DNA of 63,092 nucleotides from a virus (Duplodnaviria; Caudoviricetes), in IMG/VR virus record IMGVR_UViG_3300036852_000204, positions 1-63,092 of that record, one strand, 5' to 3'. The position numbers and the translations under genes were made by a program. A model generated the notes under the pieces. The model did no database searches and was not told where the DNA came from. It was given only the letters and a program-made list of their open reading frames with translations. Shown in pieces: positions 46,748 through 55,166 of this stretch (its first letter is position 1; every line of letters begins with the position of its first letter).

Positions 46748-47983
46748 ATGGCCGACCTATCCTCCATCCTCGCCGGCACCGACGAACTCCAGACGCCGGA
46801 GGAAGTCGAGCGACGCCGCCGGCAGGGCACAGCCCTGTTCAACCAGGGCACGTCCGTGGCCCCGTTGCAGCACTGGACACAGGCGCTGGCTCGGGGCGTA
46901 CAGGGAGGTCTTGGCGGCTACGAGATCGGCCAGGCACGCGATCAGGAGGCCAGAGGCAAGGGGGCTGCAAATTCGGCGCTGGTGGAGGCTTTGACAGGCG
47001 GCAAGTCGCCTACCGACACCATAGGAACCATGCTGAAAAACCCGTGGTCGGCGGACGCTGGGCAGAAGATGGCGACAAGCCACCTGTCGAGCCAAATGCA
47101 GCAGAACACGCCGCAGGCGCAAATGGCGTTGAAGCTGCAGCAGGCGCAAATCCGCAACCTCGACCGACGCGAGGAACCCGAGATTGTTCGCACGCTGCGC
47201 GCGGCCGGCATCGATCCCAAGTCGCCGGAAGGCCAGCAAGCCATCATGGGCACCGTAAAGCATCGCCCGGAATCCGCGCTGGACAAGAAGGTCGCAAACG
47301 AGACTGCGGAAATTGCCGTCAAGTATATCCAATCGGGCGACGCGGCTGGGGACATGATGGGTGCAGTCAATGAATTGAAGCAGATCGCCCAAGATCCCAG
47401 CCTTGTTTCGGCGATCGGTCCGGTGATGGGCGACAGCCGCTACCAGAGCACCATCGGGCGCCTTCCGCTGGCCAGCGGAAACCCAGAGCTTAACGCTCGC
47501 ATCAATCGGCTACAGCAGGCGCTTTCGCTTGGCGGTACGCAGGCGTTCCTAAAGGGACTCGGCTCAGCGTCCGATGCGGAGGGCAGGCGGGTTGAGCAGG
47601 CCGTGTCAAATCTAACCACGTCGCGCGATGCCAAAGAGTTCAACAGCAATTTGCGCATTATCGAGACCGGTCTGCAGCGAACACTGGCTCGGGCCTCTGC
47701 AGCCAAGCAGCGCTTCCCACAGCTTGACGTGGCTGGATACGGACAGCCGCAAGTGCCGGGCTCAACAACTCAAGGCTCTGGCGCTGGCGGCGTGACTACC
47801 CCCACACCTGGCAAGCGCCAGTTCAACGACCTGCCGAGGGCCGACCAGAGAACGGCCATTATGCGCATGGCCAAGGATTCGAGCCCGGAAACGCTGAAGA
47901 ACTTCGAAGAAGAGTTTGGGTCGGAGGCGCTTGGGCGAGCGCTCGACGCGATTAAGAAACTCAAATCCGGGACGGCATTCTGA
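46748..47983 (+). CDS. Internal virion/ejection protein
   Basis: Position; GSASDAEG. Confidence 0.7.
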   Translation: MADLSSILAGTDELQTPEEVERRRRQGTALFNQGTSVAPLQHWTQALARGVQGGLGGYEIGQARDQEARGKGAANSALVEALTGGKSPTDTIGTMLKNPWSADAGQKMATSHLSSQMQQNTPQAQMALKLQQAQIRNLDRREEPEIVRTLRAAGIDPKSPEGQQAIMGTVKHRPESALDKKVANETAEIAVKYIQSGDAAGDMMGAVNELKQIAQDPSLVSAIGPVMGDSRYQSTIGRLPLASGNPELNARINRLQQALSLGGTQAFLKGLGSASDAEGRRVEQAVSNLTTSRDAKEFNSNLRIIETGLQRTLARASAAKQRFPQLDVAGYGQPQVPGSTTQGSGAGGVTTPTPGKRQFNDLPRADQRTAIMRMAKDSSPETLKNFEEEFGSEALGRALDAIKKLKSGTAF

Positions 47984-50127
47984 TGGCCTTCCGGTTCGAC
48001 GATCTTGGCAGCAGTGCAAAGCCGGAGGCGGCGGCCGGCGGAGGCACGACGTTCTCCGATCTTGGGGCGAAGCAGACCGGCGGCGCCAATCAGGAGTACC
48101 AGGACTGGGGGTCTTGGGTGCTTGACTTGGCGCGCACGGGTGGCGGGCAGGGCGTCCTGCTCGGCTTCGGCGACGAGATCATCGGCGCGGCGCGCTCCCT
48201 GGCGTCTGGCCGGCCGTATGCAGAGTTGCGGGACGAAGAGCGCGATGCTGTTGACCGCTTCCGCAAGCAGAACCCCAAAACGGCGTTCGGGGCTGAATTG
48301 GCTGGCGGGTTGCTGACGCCAGGCCTGGGCACCGCGGCGGCTGTTGCCAAGGCGCCGACGCTGCTAGGCAAGGCAGCACGCGCCGTGCCTGTCGGGTACG
48401 GGTTTGGTGGCGTTGCCGGTATCGGCGCGTCTGAGAGCGAGGACCCGCGTGAAATGCTGCAGGCCGGTCACGAGGCCGGCAAGACAGGCGCAATGATCGC
48501 GCCGGCTCTTCCGATCGCGGGTCGCGTGCTCGGCAATGCGTTGCAGAAAGGTGATACGGCAGCCCAAAATCTCGTCAATAAAGAGGGGTCGGCACAGCTC
48601 TATCTAGCCGATAAGCTGCGCTCACGCGGCACGACGGAAGCGGCTCTTGCTGACGATCTTGCTAGGGGGCAGAGGGCGGCAGATTTTCATGTCGGCAAAT
48701 CCCCAGATCAGGTCGCCGAAGATGCGCTGCTGCGCGGTCGGTCGGATGCAGAGACACTGAAGCAGATCAAGGCGGCTCAGACAAAACAAGCTAACGCGCA
48801 GGCGCCCCTGCCAGAGACTATTGCGGATGTTTCGCCAGCCACGCAGAGAACTCTACGCGGCATCAAGGTCGGCGGGGAGGCCGACGACATAATTGAGCCG
48901 TTTCTCGGCCAGCGCCAAGCCGGCTCTATTGACTTTGCGAAGGGCGCGGAGCAAGGCGGACAGTTCTCTAGGCTTGGAGACCAGCTAAGACTGTCTCTGA
49001 AGCTGAAGGATGAAGACCTAGCCGACAAACTCAGTGCTCTGACCGGCAAGCGCAGCGCTGAAGCTGACAAGCTGTTTGATGCAGCACGCAAGGGGTCGGA
49101 ACCATTTGACCTTAGCCGCACGCTGGAGAAATACAACCTGCTGGCCATGGATATGGCTGACCCGCGGCAGGGCAACATTCTGAGGCGAGCGATCGCCTTA
49201 TTCGACCAGTCGGGTACGGCTGGTGAAAAGCTCAAAGGAAGGTTTCCGGTCGACAACATAGCGCGCTTCCATAACGGCAAGCAGGCGCTCGATGATTTGC
49301 TGGGCAGTGAGTCCATACAGCAGGCAGGCAACTTGCGTCGTCTGCTGACGGGCCTCAAACACGACCTTATGGATGGCGTGTTCGACGGTGGGCGCAATCA
49401 AGCCTACCGCACGGCCTTGGATCGTTACGCCTCCAAGTCGGAACTCTTGAATGCGGCAAAGCTTGGCGAAGGGTTCGCGCGCGGCACGGAAGAGGTGACG
49501 GACAAAATGTTCCGCAGCCTATCGGAGGGCGAGCGGACCATGTTCCGAGCCGCGTGGCTTAGAACCACGCAACGAGATATGGGCGGCAAGGCAGCTGGAC
49601 CTACGACTGATTTTACGCAGGAGCTGCGGAAGCCGAACACAGCGCAGGATCTGCGCATGATCTTGCCGCCCACGGCCGGCAAGTCAGCAGACTTCCCCGG
49701 TGGCAACCGCGAGCGCATCGGCGAGCTTGTGAGCCGCGAAGCTCGTATGTCGGACACGTCCCGCAAGGTACTAGGCAACAGCTCCACTGCGGAGAAGGCA
49801 GCCGACGCGATCGACATTGGCCGCATTGCTCGCGTGACGCGCTATATCAAAGATACTGGCGGACTGGTGCAGGCCGCGGCGGCGTCCCTATCTGATGCCC
49901 TTGAGAAGATGTCAGCGATCAAGGGTGATCGCGCCCGCTACCTGGCGACCAAGCTTCTGGAAACAGACTCCGCCAAACAGCAGGCGTTCCTGCGCGAAGT
50001 CGAGAAGCGCTACGGTGCCAACGCGGTGCGCCAGATTAACGATACCTTCTCGAATTGGTTGGTGAGGTTCGAGGCTTCGTTCGCTGGTCAGTCCGGCCGA
50101 GACGCCGAAGTCAAGGGGAGGCAGTGA
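47983..50127 (+). CDS. Large internal virion/ejection protein
   Basis: QGVLLGFGDEI, GAELAGGL, GNSSTA. Confidence 0.75.
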   Translation: MAFRFDDLGSSAKPEAAAGGGTTFSDLGAKQTGGANQEYQDWGSWVLDLARTGGGQGVLLGFGDEIIGAARSLASGRPYAELRDEERDAVDRFRKQNPKTAFGAELAGGLLTPGLGTAAAVAKAPTLLGKAARAVPVGYGFGGVAGIGASESEDPREMLQAGHEAGKTGAMIAPALPIAGRVLGNALQKGDTAAQNLVNKEGSAQLYLADKLRSRGTTEAALADDLARGQRAADFHVGKSPDQVAEDALLRGRSDAETLKQIKAAQTKQANAQAPLPETIADVSPATQRTLRGIKVGGEADDIIEPFLGQRQAGSIDFAKGAEQGGQFSRLGDQLRLSLKLKDEDLADKLSALTGKRSAEADKLFDAARKGSEPFDLSRTLEKYNLLAMDMADPRQGNILRRAIALFDQSGTAGEKLKGRFPVDNIARFHNGKQALDDLLGSESIQQAGNLRRLLTGLKHDLMDGVFDGGRNQAYRTALDRYASKSELLNAAKLGEGFARGTEEVTDKMFRSLSEGERTMFRAAWLRTTQRDMGGKAAGPTTDFTQELRKPNTAQDLRMILPPTAGKSADFPGGNRERIGELVSREARMSDTSRKVLGNSSTAEKAADAIDIGRIARVTRYIKDTGGLVQAAAASLSDALEKMSAIKGDRARYLATKLLETDSAKQQAFLREVEKRYGANAVRQINDTFSNWLVRFEASFAGQSGRDAEVKGRQ

Positions 50128-50128
50128 G

Positions 50129-51718
50129 ATGGCCGATCAGGGGCAGGACATTGATCCGAGGCTGCTGGCCATTCTGTCCGGCGTAATCGACAGCAACGAC
50201 GAGTTGACGCCGGAAGCCATGGCGCGTCTGCCGAAGACTACGCCTGGCACGCCCCAGTACCCTTGGTCGGACCCGTTGAAGAACATCATGGCCGGCGTCG
50301 AGGGAATGCCAATTGGGCGCGGCATGATGGCCGCACCAGGTGCAGCCAAGATGGCCTTAACTGAAATCCTGGCGAGAACGCCGAAATCTGCTGCGGCCGG
50401 CGTGCCTGCTCTCGCGGCGACTCTTGCGGGCACAAATGAAGCTGGCTCACAAGACCAAGCGCCTTTGCAGAGGCTCTATGAGCAGCAGGCCGCCATACAG
50501 CGCCAAGCCGAAGACGCGAGGACCCGACGCGAGGCGATGCGCCCGAAAGGCCGAGCCCCCAATGCACAGCAGGACCCTCAGTTCACGGCAGCCGATCAGG
50601 AATATAGCCGGTTAAGCGGGCAGTTGGAGGGGGTCGGCCGCGCGATCGAAGCGGAGAACCAGCGCAGCTCGCCGGAATGGCGGCGCAGGCAAGAGGAGGC
50701 GGACCAACTTGCCAAGCAGACACGCGAACAGCAGGCCGCAAAGCGACCATGGCGCGAGCGCAACCCAGAGCTTGCCGCCGATTGGAGCAAGTACACCATC
50801 CTCGCGTCGATCATGGCGGGCCTAGGCTTCAAAGGAGCAGAGAAGGCCGCGAAGTACGTCGGCAACATGCCTTGGCACAAGACCGTTGGTGAGGCCAAGG
50901 ATATGGTTGCGAAGGGCGACGCAGGTGTGACGCCACTACTTCGCGAGCTTGCGGAACGCAATAAGGGTTACGTCGCACAGCCGCCTAGCGGCTCGGGAGC
51001 GGCCATGATGGGTGGCGCGGCGGCGGGCGCAGAAATGGGAATGTATCCGCTGCAAAGCGACATAGCCAATCTGGGATTTGCAGAAGCCGTCAAAGACCCG
51101 TGGGAGCTTGGCAAGGTCGGCATCAATATGGGCTTAGGAGCCCTTACGGGCGGCACAGCAGCCAAATTCGGTCAGGTGGCAATTCCAGACAGCAAGCCGC
51201 CGATCGAATCTTCGCGCGCTCTTGCAAGCATCCTATCTGCGACCAGTGCGCAGGATGCGGGGAAAGTTGCCACTAATCTTGAGAGAATGGGGCTTAGGTC
51301 GCCCGGCGGAGGCTTCGGCTCCGATTTTGCCACAGCCCAAGGCAGAACCCAGCTGCCCACGTCGCCAGCAACACAGGGCCAGCAATTTTCCCAGCCTCAA
51401 CAATCCCTGTCGGGTGCTCTAGCGAATACAGGAGGCCCGTCACAAGGGCCAGAAGACCTAGCCAAAGTATTGTCCTCATCGCGCGCATCTCCTTCTGCAA
51501 CTCCAAAGACTCCCACGGCCGACCCAAAGCGTCAAGCGGAGACGGAATGGCGCAAGGCAACTGGTACGCACCACATTAACGACCAGAACCGCGGGCCGGA
51601 CGGAAAACTCTTGCCTGGCAAGAGGAAGATAAACGGATCGTTGTCGAGCATCCTAGCCGGCACCGCTGGGTACGAGTCCCTTTCCGACGGGCCGTCCAGC
51701 GACTATGGCGACTTCTAA
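50129..51718 (+). CDS. Putative internal virion protein
   Basis: Coupled ORF in ejection module. Confidence 0.6.
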   Translation: MADQGQDIDPRLLAILSGVIDSNDELTPEAMARLPKTTPGTPQYPWSDPLKNIMAGVEGMPIGRGMMAAPGAAKMALTEILARTPKSAAAGVPALAATLAGTNEAGSQDQAPLQRLYEQQAAIQRQAEDARTRREAMRPKGRAPNAQQDPQFTAADQEYSRLSGQLEGVGRAIEAENQRSSPEWRRRQEEADQLAKQTREQQAAKRPWRERNPELAADWSKYTILASIMAGLGFKGAEKAAKYVGNMPWHKTVGEAKDMVAKGDAGVTPLLRELAERNKGYVAQPPSGSGAAMMGGAAAGAEMGMYPLQSDIANLGFAEAVKDPWELGKVGINMGLGALTGGTAAKFGQVAIPDSKPPIESSRALASILSATSAQDAGKVATNLERMGLRSPGGGFGSDFATAQGRTQLPTSPATQGQQFSQPQQSLSGALANTGGPSQGPEDLAKVLSSSRASPSATPKTPTADPKRQAETEWRKATGTHHINDQNRGPDGKLLPGKRKINGSLSSILAGTAGYESLSDGPSSDYGDF

Positions 51719-51811
51719 AAGTATCAACCAAGCGCCCGCGTCCATGGTGCGCATCCTGCCGGATCAATGCGGCGGATTTGAAGCAATCTAGCCAGATATC
51801 AGGAGGCTAAA

Positions 51812-52798
51812 ATTCCTCGCAACGGATCAGGCGTATACGCCGTGCCAAACACGCTGGTCACGGCCACGGCTATCGAGGTCGCGCCGCACAATGCCAACTA
51901 TGCGGACCTCGGCGCTGAGATTTCAGGCAGCCTCGCCACCGACGGCCAATCGCAGATGATCGGCCAGCTCAAGATTGCCAGCGGGACGGTGGGCGCTCCG
52001 GGGCTTGCGCCGGCCTCCGATCTGGATACGGGCATCTATCGCATCGGAGGCGACAATCTTGGCGTGGCTTGTGCCGGCGCCAAGGTGCTGGACATCGCGA
52101 CGACGGGGCTTGGTGTTACAGGCACATTGACGGCATCCGGCGCACTGACGGCTGCGTCTGCGTCGATCACAACCCCGTTGCCTGTCGCAAGCGGCGGCAC
52201 GAGCGGTGCTACGGCCACAGCGGCTTTCAACGCGCTGTCTCCCGTTACCACGCGCGGAGACATCATCACGCGCGATGCGACGAACAATGTGCGGCTTGCG
52301 GTTGGTGCTGCAGATACCGTTCTAAAGTCAGACGGCACCGATCCGTCATGGGCCAAGATCGTCAACGCCAACATCACGGATGCAACGATTGCGCACGGCA
52401 AGCTGGCAAGCGCCGTCACGGCTGATCAAACGGCTATGGAGGCGGCATCAGCAACCGACAGCTTCGCCTCGCCAGGCAACCTGAAATACCACCCCGGCGT
52501 AGCGAAGTTCTGGGCCTATATCACAGTGAGTGGAGGTACGCCGACTTTGGTGGCGAGTCACAACGTGTCCGGCATCACCGACCACGCGGCTGGCGACATC
52601 ACCATCACATTCAGCACTCCTTTCTCCAGCGCGAACTACGCCGTGATCGGCACTGGTGGACTCAACGGAGACTATGGCGTCGTGACCGTGGCCCCGACAG
52701 GAAGGGCTGCGGGCTCCATACGCCTGCACTATGGCCTCTCCGGTTTTGGGACTATCGAGCCCTCTCAGTGGAACGTAATGGGCTTCGGAGACCAGTAG
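51812..52798 (+). CDS. Tail fibre protein; probable ATT start
   Basis: AGGAGG RBS then ATT-CCT-CGC-AAC-GGA (M)PRNGSGVY; PLPVASGGT; NVSGITD...G.I.ITF.TPFSSANYAV. Confidence 0.8.
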   Translation: MPRNGSGVYAVPNTLVTATAIEVAPHNANYADLGAEISGSLATDGQSQMIGQLKIASGTVGAPGLAPASDLDTGIYRIGGDNLGVACAGAKVLDIATTGLGVTGTLTASGALTAASASITTPLPVASGGTSGATATAAFNALSPVTTRGDIITRDATNNVRLAVGAADTVLKSDGTDPSWAKIVNANITDATIAHGKLASAVTADQTAMEAASATDSFASPGNLKYHPGVAKFWAYITVSGGTPTLVASHNVSGITDHAAGDITITFSTPFSSANYAVIGTGGLNGDYGVVTVAPTGRAAGSIRLHYGLSGFGTIEPSQWNVMGFGDQ

Positions 52799-52849
52799 GC
52801 GCTGACAAACGCTTCTTCCCAGTTTCATTCCACTAGATAGAGCCAGAAC

Positions 52850-53689
52850 ATGCCAACACTCCTGGAAGTATGGGAATCTCGCCTCGGTATCGAGGAGGTT
52901 TCCGGCAAGAAGCACAACCCAGTGATCCTGGAGTGGTGGATGGATGCCGGCCACCCCGAGATTATCGATGATGAGACGGCCTGGTGTTCCGGGGCGATGT
53001 GTTCGGCAGCGAAGGCGGCTGGCCTGCCGTTCCCGCCGGTCAACGTCAATACCATGGCGCGCTCGTGGCTCACCATGGGCAAGGGCGTCTCGCCGGCAGA
53101 GGTGCAGCCCGGCGATGTGGTGGTATGGCCCCGCGGCAAACCCAACAGCGGCAGCGGGCACGTCAACTGTGTGAAGGAGGTTCGCCGCACCAAGACATCG
53201 GTCAAGGTGAAGTGCATAGGCGGCAACCAATCGCATCCGTCCGGGGGCGCCGTAACGGTCACGGATTGGACCGATCTGTCCGGTGCCTTGTCGAACGGCA
53301 TCCGCCGCCTAGTGCCGGCCACAGTGCCAGCCCTACGCGAGGCAGGATCGACCACAATCAAGAACGCTGACCGCAAGGAAAAACTCGGCATCCTCGCCGT
53401 GTTCTTCGCGCCCATCGTTAAGGGCATCGAGTACGTCGCCAACATGTTTGGGCCACCCGACGTGCCGACGTTCGCCACTCTGCCCGAAGGGCTGACTTGG
53501 TGGCAAACCGTGCTGGGGGCCGCAAATGGCATATGGGGCTATGCTGTCGACCATCCGTACCTGGCCGCTACGCTGGTTGCCGGTCTTGCGCTCTGGGGCA
53601 TCAGCCGCATTGAGAAGGCTGGGCGGGTTGCCGAGCACGCCGCAGGCATTCCCATCGCTGCGGAAGTGGCGAAGCTGGAGGCCGCCTAA
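52850..53689 (+). CDS. Endolysin, TIGR02594/NlpC-P60-like, with C-terminal TM segments
   Basis: DETAWCS, ARSW, PGDVVVW.R, GHV, GGNQ. Confidence 0.85.
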   Translation: MPTLLEVWESRLGIEEVSGKKHNPVILEWWMDAGHPEIIDDETAWCSGAMCSAAKAAGLPFPPVNVNTMARSWLTMGKGVSPAEVQPGDVVVWPRGKPNSGSGHVNCVKEVRRTKTSVKVKCIGGNQSHPSGGAVTVTDWTDLSGALSNGIRRLVPATVPALREAGSTTIKNADRKEKLGILAVFFAPIVKGIEYVANMFGPPDVPTFATLPEGLTWWQTVLGAANGIWGYAVDHPYLAATLVAGLALWGISRIEKAGRVAEHAAGIPIAAEVAKLEAA

Positions 53690-53690
53690 C

Positions 53691-53972
53691 ATGACGCCCT
53701 CCATGTGGCTTGGCGGGGCCGTAGCGGGCTGCCTGGCGCTATTTGCAGCGGGGGTGACTATCAAGCACCGGACGCAGCTGGCAGACGCTGTAGAGACGGG
53801 GAAGGCCATTGGGACGGGGGAGGCCTCTACAGCCGCCGTAACGGCCGCCACGGAGACCGCCACAGCCCTCCGAGAGGCGGAAGCAGAGACGCCGTTGCCC
53901 GTAGACAAACAGGCCATACTGGACCTCTGCAAGCGCAGGGCGTCTTGTCGCGAACGTGGAGCCATCAAATGA
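53691..53972 (+). CDS. Putative i-spanin
   Basis: N-terminal TM, Ala-rich, C-terminal Cys pair, after endolysin. Confidence 0.6.
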   Translation: MTPSMWLGGAVAGCLALFAAGVTIKHRTQLADAVETGKAIGTGEASTAAVTAATETATALREAEAETPLPVDKQAILDLCKRRASCRERGAIK

Positions 53973-54196
53973 AGGTCGCCCTGAGCCTTGTCCTTCTCGC
54001 GCCCCTGTTGATGGGCGCCAAGGGCGGCTGCCAGTTGTTCGGTGGCGGAGATCCGCAAGTGACCGCCGTCGATACCTTCTGTCTCAGTGCGCAGAAGCGC
54101 AAATGGTCGGTCAACGACACTCCTGAGACCATTCGCGATGCGGAGGCATGGAATACGGCGGTGGACAAGAAGTGCGGAGTAAGGAAGGCGACCTGA
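53969..54196 (+). CDS. Putative o-spanin lipoprotein
   Basis: Signal peptide ending AKGGC; DTFC...DTPETI...N....KKCG. Confidence 0.7.
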   Translation: MKVALSLVLLAPLLMGAKGGCQLFGGGDPQVTAVDTFCLSAQKRKWSVNDTPETIRDAEAWNTAVDKKCGVRKAT

Positions 54197-54226
54197 CGGT
54201 CTAAGCTGAGAGGGAAGCAATGGACG

Positions 54227-54487
54227 ATGGATCAGCGGCACTCGCCAAGGTGGCAATCGCCCTCGCCGGGGTACTCGACCAACGATCTCAGCAACGAGCG
54301 CAGGATCACGGTTCTAGAAATCTCCGACCAGCACCAACAGAAATTCAATACCAAGGTGAAGACCAGGCTGTCGCGGATCGAGAAGATCATCTTAGCCGTC
54401 ATCGCCGCCCTCAACATCCTAGCCCACGACAAGCTGCCGGACTGGGCCAAAGGGATGTCCCTGATCTTGAAGGCAGTGATGGGATGA
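54227..54487 (+). CDS. Putative holin-like protein
   Basis: RITVLE...RLSRIEKIILAVIAAL in lysis cassette. Confidence 0.5.
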   Translation: MDQRHSPRWQSPSPGYSTNDLSNERRITVLEISDQHQQKFNTKVKTRLSRIEKIILAVIAALNILAHDKLPDWAKGMSLILKAVMG

Positions 54488-54935
54488 GCCGCACGTTTGC
54501 GATCACCATCCTCGTGCTGGCCGTGCTGTTCCTTGCGCGGCTGAGTTGGCATCTGGTGATGATCTGGGTTGGTTGAACTTGCGATGCTGATTGCTGGGTG
54601 AACGGCGAATGGGCAAGGCCTTGTGTCGTTCTGGGCCTTGTAGATACAGGATGCCGGGCTTCAATCAGTAGTTTCGCCGCGCGCCTTCGCCAGCGCAGCT
54701 TTCGCTTCGATCCATGTATCGTAATCCGTACCCGGAGGCTCTGGCGCCCAGGCGTTCACCATCCGGTGCAAGGCCGCATAGAGGTCGGGCGCAGCGGCGA
54801 TCATGTTGGCAACGCGGTGTAAAGCGTGGCTCGATAGTCAGAGCCATCCTGCACGATTGGCAGCTTGGCGTGCAAGACTGGCAGGTCTAAGCCGGTGGTG
54901 ACCGATATTGGCAGGCCAGTGACCGGATTGGGCCG

Positions 54936-55166
54936 ATGAACCGGAAAAATGACCAGATTGGGCTTGTGCGGGAGTTTAGGGGTTCGCCGCTCCCAGAGAT
55001 GGCCGTCTTGGCAGGCTATAGCGCTCTGATAGATCGCTTTGACCTTCAGATCCCGCTCCCTCCCTTTTTAGCCGCGGTCGGCATGCGCCGGAACCCGACC
55101 TCTTCGGAGCAATGGCAACTCATCACGAACCGACAGGCCGTGCCGACCGATTTGGCGGGACATCTC
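54936..55166 (+). pseudogene. N-terminal fragment of a Fic-family protein
   Basis: LPE.A.LAGYSALI.RFDL.IPLP...W......P.DLAGHL, then similarity stops. Confidence 0.55.

Noticed and set aside
53748-53762. GCGGGGGTGACTATC as an eighth motif copy
   Set aside because: Partial match inside coding sequence, with no CCTTGAA box at the expected distance
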